DNA of 63,204 nucleotides, the filler included, from Olpidium bornovanus S191 (Eukaryota; Fungi; Olpidiomycota): NCBI GenBank assembly GCA_017911155.1. It is 33 parts of 33 records of this genome, joined end to end, with 100 filler letters (N's around TTAATTAATTAA, not from the genome) between each part and the next. Parts side by side here need not be neighbours in the genome. Positions count along the whole stretch, not along the records: positions 58,480 to 61,869 come from JAEFCI010006658.1; positions 61,970 to 63,204 come from JAEFCI010009309.1; 31 more parts are not named here. One strand, 5' to 3'. Below, one piece after another: positions 58,649 through 63,204 of this stretch. Position 1 is the stretch's first letter. The number at the start of each line of letters is the position of its first letter. The translations under genes were made by a program, and so were the position numbers. Under the pieces are notes generated by a model that had not been told where the DNA came from, ran no database searches, and saw nothing but the letters and a program-made list of their open reading frames with translations.

Positions 58649-60658
58649 ATGCTCACCGCCCAGGAACCCAGCAGCTGCCCGCAGCTTACCCCGTCGAAGA
58701 ACACCGCAGCCCTCATCTGCGGCCTGTCCATCAACGGCAGTGGCGGGCCCCGCGCGGGGAAGGGCTCCGCCGCGCCCGCCGGCGGAGAAGAGGAACGGCC
58801 CGCCGCCGCCGCCGCCGCCGCCGCCCCCGCGGGACCGGCCGCGCCGTCGTGTCCCCCCTCTCCCTCTCCCGCGCCGAAGAACACCAGGCGGTTACCGGAC
58901 GACGGCGGCGCGGCGGCCGCCGCCGCGCGGGACGGAGGCGGCGGCGGCGGCGGCGGCGAGGACGGCGACGAGTGCGAAGGCGCGGAGGACGGCTCCTGGG
59001 TGGCGAGCGACGCGGACGAGCCGCTCCTTCGCGAGACGCCCAAGCGGTTCGTGCTGTTCCCGATCAAGTACCACGACGTGGGTACCCGAAAGCGGGGTTA
59101 CTTTGATTTTTTTGTTCTTCGCGATCTTTGATTTCTGCGGCTGCTTTTTTTGAGGTGTTTGGGGGTGAGAAAACCCTTCCCCCCCTCCAAAAAAAAAAAA
59201 ATAAAAAAGAAAATCCAAACGCGCTCCTCGGTAACCTGCAAGTCCGTGGTGGACACGCACGCGTTTCGGTGGACGCGCGGTCGGGCGGAACGCGGTTCGT
59301 AAAGTGTTCCCCGAGATATGGGCCCTGAAACACCTCGGCCTCTTCCTTTTGGCTTCTTTTTTTTTTATTCTGCTCGCGTAACAGATCTGGCGCATGTACA
59401 AGAAGTCTGAAGCTTCTTTTTGGACTGCAGAGGTGCGCGTTTGGCGCGGGACAGCGCTGTTCGGCAGTTCCTACCAAGTGACCTAGAGTGACCTTTTTTT
59501 TCCCGTTTTTGCCGTTACACAGGAAGTCGACCTCAGCAAGGACACCCACGACTGGGAGAACCGGCTCAATGACGACGAGCGCTTCTTTATCTCGCACGTC
59601 CTGGCATTTTTTGCGGCGTCTGACGGGATAGTGAACGAAAACCTGGTTGAACGCTTTTCAAACGAAGTCCAGGTCGCGGAGGCGCGCTGCTTCTACGGCT
59701 TCCAGATCATGATCGAGAACATTCACTCGGAGATGTACAGTCTGCTCATTGACACGTACATCAAGGACCCGGCCCACAGAACGTACCTCTTCGATGCCAT
59801 TGAGACCGGTGAGCCGCGACGTTTTTGTATCGTGCTGTGAAGCCGCTGGTCGGAGCCGTCTTTCCGCGATCTTGACGGATATCTTTGGCGACTCCAGTGC
59901 CGGCGATCAAGCGCAAGGCCGACTGGGCAGTCCGGTGGATACAAGACAAAAACTCGTCGTTCGCAATCCGGCTGGTCGCGTTCGCGGCCGTTGAGGGCAT
60001 TTTCTTCTCCGGCGCGTTCGCGTCCATCTTCTGGCTCAAGAAGCGGGGGCTGATGCCCGGACTCACGTTTTCCAACGAGCTCATCTCCAGGGATGAGGGC
60101 CTCCACACCGATTTCGCCTGTCTCCTTTTCAAGCACTTGCGCCGGCGGCCGCCTGTCAGCCGGATCCAGCAGCTAATCAAGGAAGCTGTTGAGATTGAGC
60201 AGGCGTTCTGGACGGACGCTTTCCCGTGCAACCTTATTGGGATGAACGCCGATCTGATGAAGCAGGTGTGTGTTGGAACCTTTGGTCTTTTTTTTGTCTC
60301 TTCTTCTCCTTTTTTGCTTTTGTTTCCCTTGTCTTGTTAGGGAATCGAGGCGATGATAGTGCTTTTTTCGATGCCCACCGGACAGTAACCTCTCTTCCCT
60401 TTACGCGGACAGTACATCTGCTTCGTCGCCGACCGCCTCCTTGTGGAACTCGACTGCCCCGTGGTGTACGAGGTCGAGAACCCATTCGACTTCATGGACC
60501 TGATATCACTTCAGGGCAAGACCAATTTCTTCGAAAAGCGCGTCGGCGAGTACCAGAAGGCGGGCGTCATGAGCTCGCTGAAGTCCCAGAGTGCTGGCGG
60601 GGCTGACGACGGGGCAGGCGTTCACGCAAATGGGTTCACGCTCGAGGCAGATTTTTAA
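58649..60658 (+). CDS. RNR2: Ribonucleotide reductase small (beta) subunit, class Ia, complete
   Basis: Exons 58649-59077, 59385-59432, 59523-59808, 59898-60265 and 60413-60658. Motifs: [42 protein letters not shown] (radical Tyr), [14 protein letters not shown] and [10 protein letters not shown], ending FTLEADF*. Confidence 0.98.
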
Positions 60659-60804
60659 GAGAGAGAGCGAGAGAACGGTCTCCCGTGGGTATTTTTATAG
60701 CAACCGGTGTGCCGTCCTCGTCGTGTTTTCCCTGGCACGTAGGACGAGGGACCGGTTGGGCCCCCCCCCGCTTTGCAGCCGAATTTTCGTTGACGCGCGC
60801 AGCG

Positions 60805-60844
<40 letters not shown>

Positions 60845-61478
60845 CTATTTCTCCTGTGCCGATGGCGCACGACGTAAGCGAGGAGTGACGCGATCACGGA
60901 TCCAGAAAACGTTTTCCCTTATTAAGTCGAGTCGACTTGCGCTGGGTGCTCACCTAGTTTCTTTCTACCCTCCACATCTTATGCGGGGCTTGTGTGGGGG
61001 CACTTTGCACCTGTGCGTGTAAACCGAGCCAATTATTACGCTTTTCAAATAGTAATCACGTTTTCGGGGTTCCTTAATACAGCCGCATGTTTGCGAGTTG
61101 GGCCTTGGCAGCTGGCCGACGTTTTTTTTACGGAGGTGCGAGGGGTGGGGGGGGGGGCGAAAAGCGGGGGGCGAAGGCGCAAGTGACGGGGCCGCGTTTT
61201 CTCGTTCAACGCCGGGGCTGCGTATAGGGTGGTAATCGCCGGGAGACAGACAATTTGTGCCAAAGGAAGCGGGCGGGCGCGTGCTGCAAATGTTGACCAA
61301 GTGGGGAGCAGAGCGGCAGATCAACGCCGAGGGGAAGGGGGGGGGGGGGGGGGGGGGGGGGAAGGGGAAGGGGAAGGGGAATGGTGACGGGGAGAGGGGG
61401 AAAGGGGAGGTCAGGGTTGGGAAGGGACTGTTCCGCGCGTCTCGCGCGGGGCGACCGACGGCGGCGTGCCGGAAGAAG

Positions 61479-61520
<42 letters not shown>

Positions 61521-61799
61521 GGATGGGCCAAAAAGGGGGGGCCGGGGGGTGGGGGGCGGAATGGACGGCGGGGGGGGGAAGGAGGGCTTTGGCGCAACGG
61601 TCGCCGCTCCTTCTTCTTTCTCTCCGCTTCTTCTGTGTTTGGGACTGCGTTATATTTATTTAACCACGGTGCGTCGTGGGACGTACGGAGTACTTTAGCC
61701 TAACTTGAGAACGTATAGTATATGGGATACGCGCAGGCCGGAAGGCACCACGGAGGGCCCTGGGCACGGGCTGTGCTTCGCCCCTTTTTGTTTAACACC

Positions 61800-61858
<59 letters not shown>

Positions 61859-61988
61859 ACACCACACACNNNNNNNNNNNNNNNNNNNNNNNNNNNNNNN
61901 NNNNNNNNNNNNNTTAATTAATTAANNNNNNNNNNNNNNNNNNNNNNNNNNNNNNNNNNNNNNNNNNNNGGGGGGGGGGGGGGGAATT

Positions 61989-62027
<39 letters not shown>

Positions 62028-62180
62028 GTCACGTTTGCTGGAAACGCACCACGGGATTTTCCGCGAGCAGGCGAGCATTTTTGGTTACCTTCTCAGGTAC
62101 CCTACGCCCCCCGCCCTCATCCCCGCGTCTTGCGGTCCCTCCGGGGGACACCGCTACCGCACCTGTGTGCTGTTTCCCAG

Positions 62181-63040
62181 TTCTGAGAGCGTCCACCGGT
62201 CGAGGTCCAAGCTTTACACGAGGACCGGTGACAAAGGTAAGAACTCCCGTACTCCGGTTATATATTTTTTGTTTTCTTTTTGTTTCACGTCAAAAAAACA
62301 TCATTTTACTCCGCTTTCCAAACAACAACAAAAAAAGGGTCGTCCGCACTGTGCAACGGTACCAGGCGTCCCAAAAACGACGAGTTTTTCGAAGCCCTTG
62401 GCGTCGCGGAGGAGCTGAGCACCGCGTTAGGGTGAGAAAAGGATGTGTGCGTGTGGGTGGGAAGAAAGGGGGAAGGGAAGGGGTAGTGAAAGGGATAGGC
62501 GGGCTTCCCAGGAAGGCTTTTTCCTGTCTCTTCTCTCTCTCTCGCCAACCACTCCGAACGACAAAAGTGGATCTGACTGGTGCGGGGATTTCTTTTCCCC
62601 TCCTTACTTTCCCAATTTCTTAACAAAAAACAGCATCGCGAGCTGCTACTGCGCGAAAGCGGATAATGGGCTCGCCGAATCAATCGAAATGGTACGGCGC
62701 ATCGCGCACGCGCGCGTTCCCTCTCCGCGAGAGGAGGGGGGAAGGAGGGGGTGCGGGGGTGGGGGGGTTTCCTTTTTTTATTTTTTGTTGTGTTACAATT
62801 TTTTGTGTTTTTTATTTTTTTTTTTTTTTTTTTGCGCGGGCCGTTTGAACGATTCACTTGTTTACTTCTTTTCCCCCTGCGGGCATGTTCACGAAACAAA
62901 AGGTGCAACGCACTCTGGTCGCCGTCTCCACCCACATCGGCACGCCGAAGTCGTCGTCGACCGAGAAGCAGCTGGTGGCGAAGAGGTTCGACGAGAGCCA
63001 CGCGAGCCGTCTGGAAGAAATGATCGATGAAGTGGACGCG
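62181..63040 (+). CDS. MMAB: PduO/MMAB-type ATP:cob(I)alamin adenosyltransferase (partial)
   Basis: Exons 62181-62236, 62338-62431, 62634-62691 and 62903-about 63040 give KLYTRTGDKG-SSALCNGTRRPKNDEFFEALGVAEELSTALG-...-VQRTL...IGTP...RLEEMID. This carries the family signature K(I/L)YTRTGD.G. Confidence 0.88.
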
Positions 63041-63204
63041 GTTAGACGGGTTGGGCGGGGAAAGTGGGGGGGGGGGTGGGGCCGGGGAGAGCGAAAACAA
63101 AAATCTATGTCGTGGGCGTCGTCCGCCGCCAGCGGAAGGAGGGGCGGGGCTCCTGACCTTACGTGCTCGCTGGCGGTTTTTCCGTCCCCTGCCGTTTGCA
63201 CTAA

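Noticed and set aside
58649-60658. Viral origin of RNR2
   Set aside because: It has four canonical introns, host-like codon usage and no viral neighbours.
58649-63040. RNR2 next to MMAB as a B12-ribonucleotide reductase cluster
   Set aside because: They are on separate contigs. The RNR is a class Ia di-iron/tyrosyl beta subunit, which does not use B12.

Overview
This is not one locus. The window is 33 short contigs (about 1.0-3.8 kb) joined by 32 identical artificial 100-nt spacers (44 N + TTAATTAATTAA + 44 N), so gene order across spacers means nothing. The DNA is GC-rich, intron-dense and eukaryotic. The recognisable genes point to an early-diverging (non-Dikarya) fungus: single-chain type I FAS, fungal ATP synthase subunit h, a CotH-type secreted protein, a PduO/MMAB cobalamin adenosyltransferase and a BRCA1-type tandem BRCT protein. 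The fragmentation and composition recall the Olpidium bornovanus draft, but that is a guess. Most genes are partial: RPT5, PRE7, FAS, ATP14, an SLC35/DMT transporter, SNT2-like, a DHHC palmitoyltransferase, PUS1, SEC7, RGP1, MIR1, DHR2/DHX33, TMEM135-like, Rua1-like, UBP8 and MMAB; RNR2 is complete. There are also decayed Ty3/gypsy and Ty1/copia remnants. The best second-look items are the BRCA1-like BRCT pair, the divergent MMAB, splicing oddities (6-nt micro-exon, two GC-AG introns, A-rich acceptors, duplicated decoy acceptors in PUS1), a 265-bp degenerate palindrome, a 17-aa W/YY repeat exon, a Cys-rich poly-Asp secreted protein, and CATG-terminated contig ends. I found no multi-gene novel system that the sequence can support. 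All family assignments come from motif recall; no searches were run.
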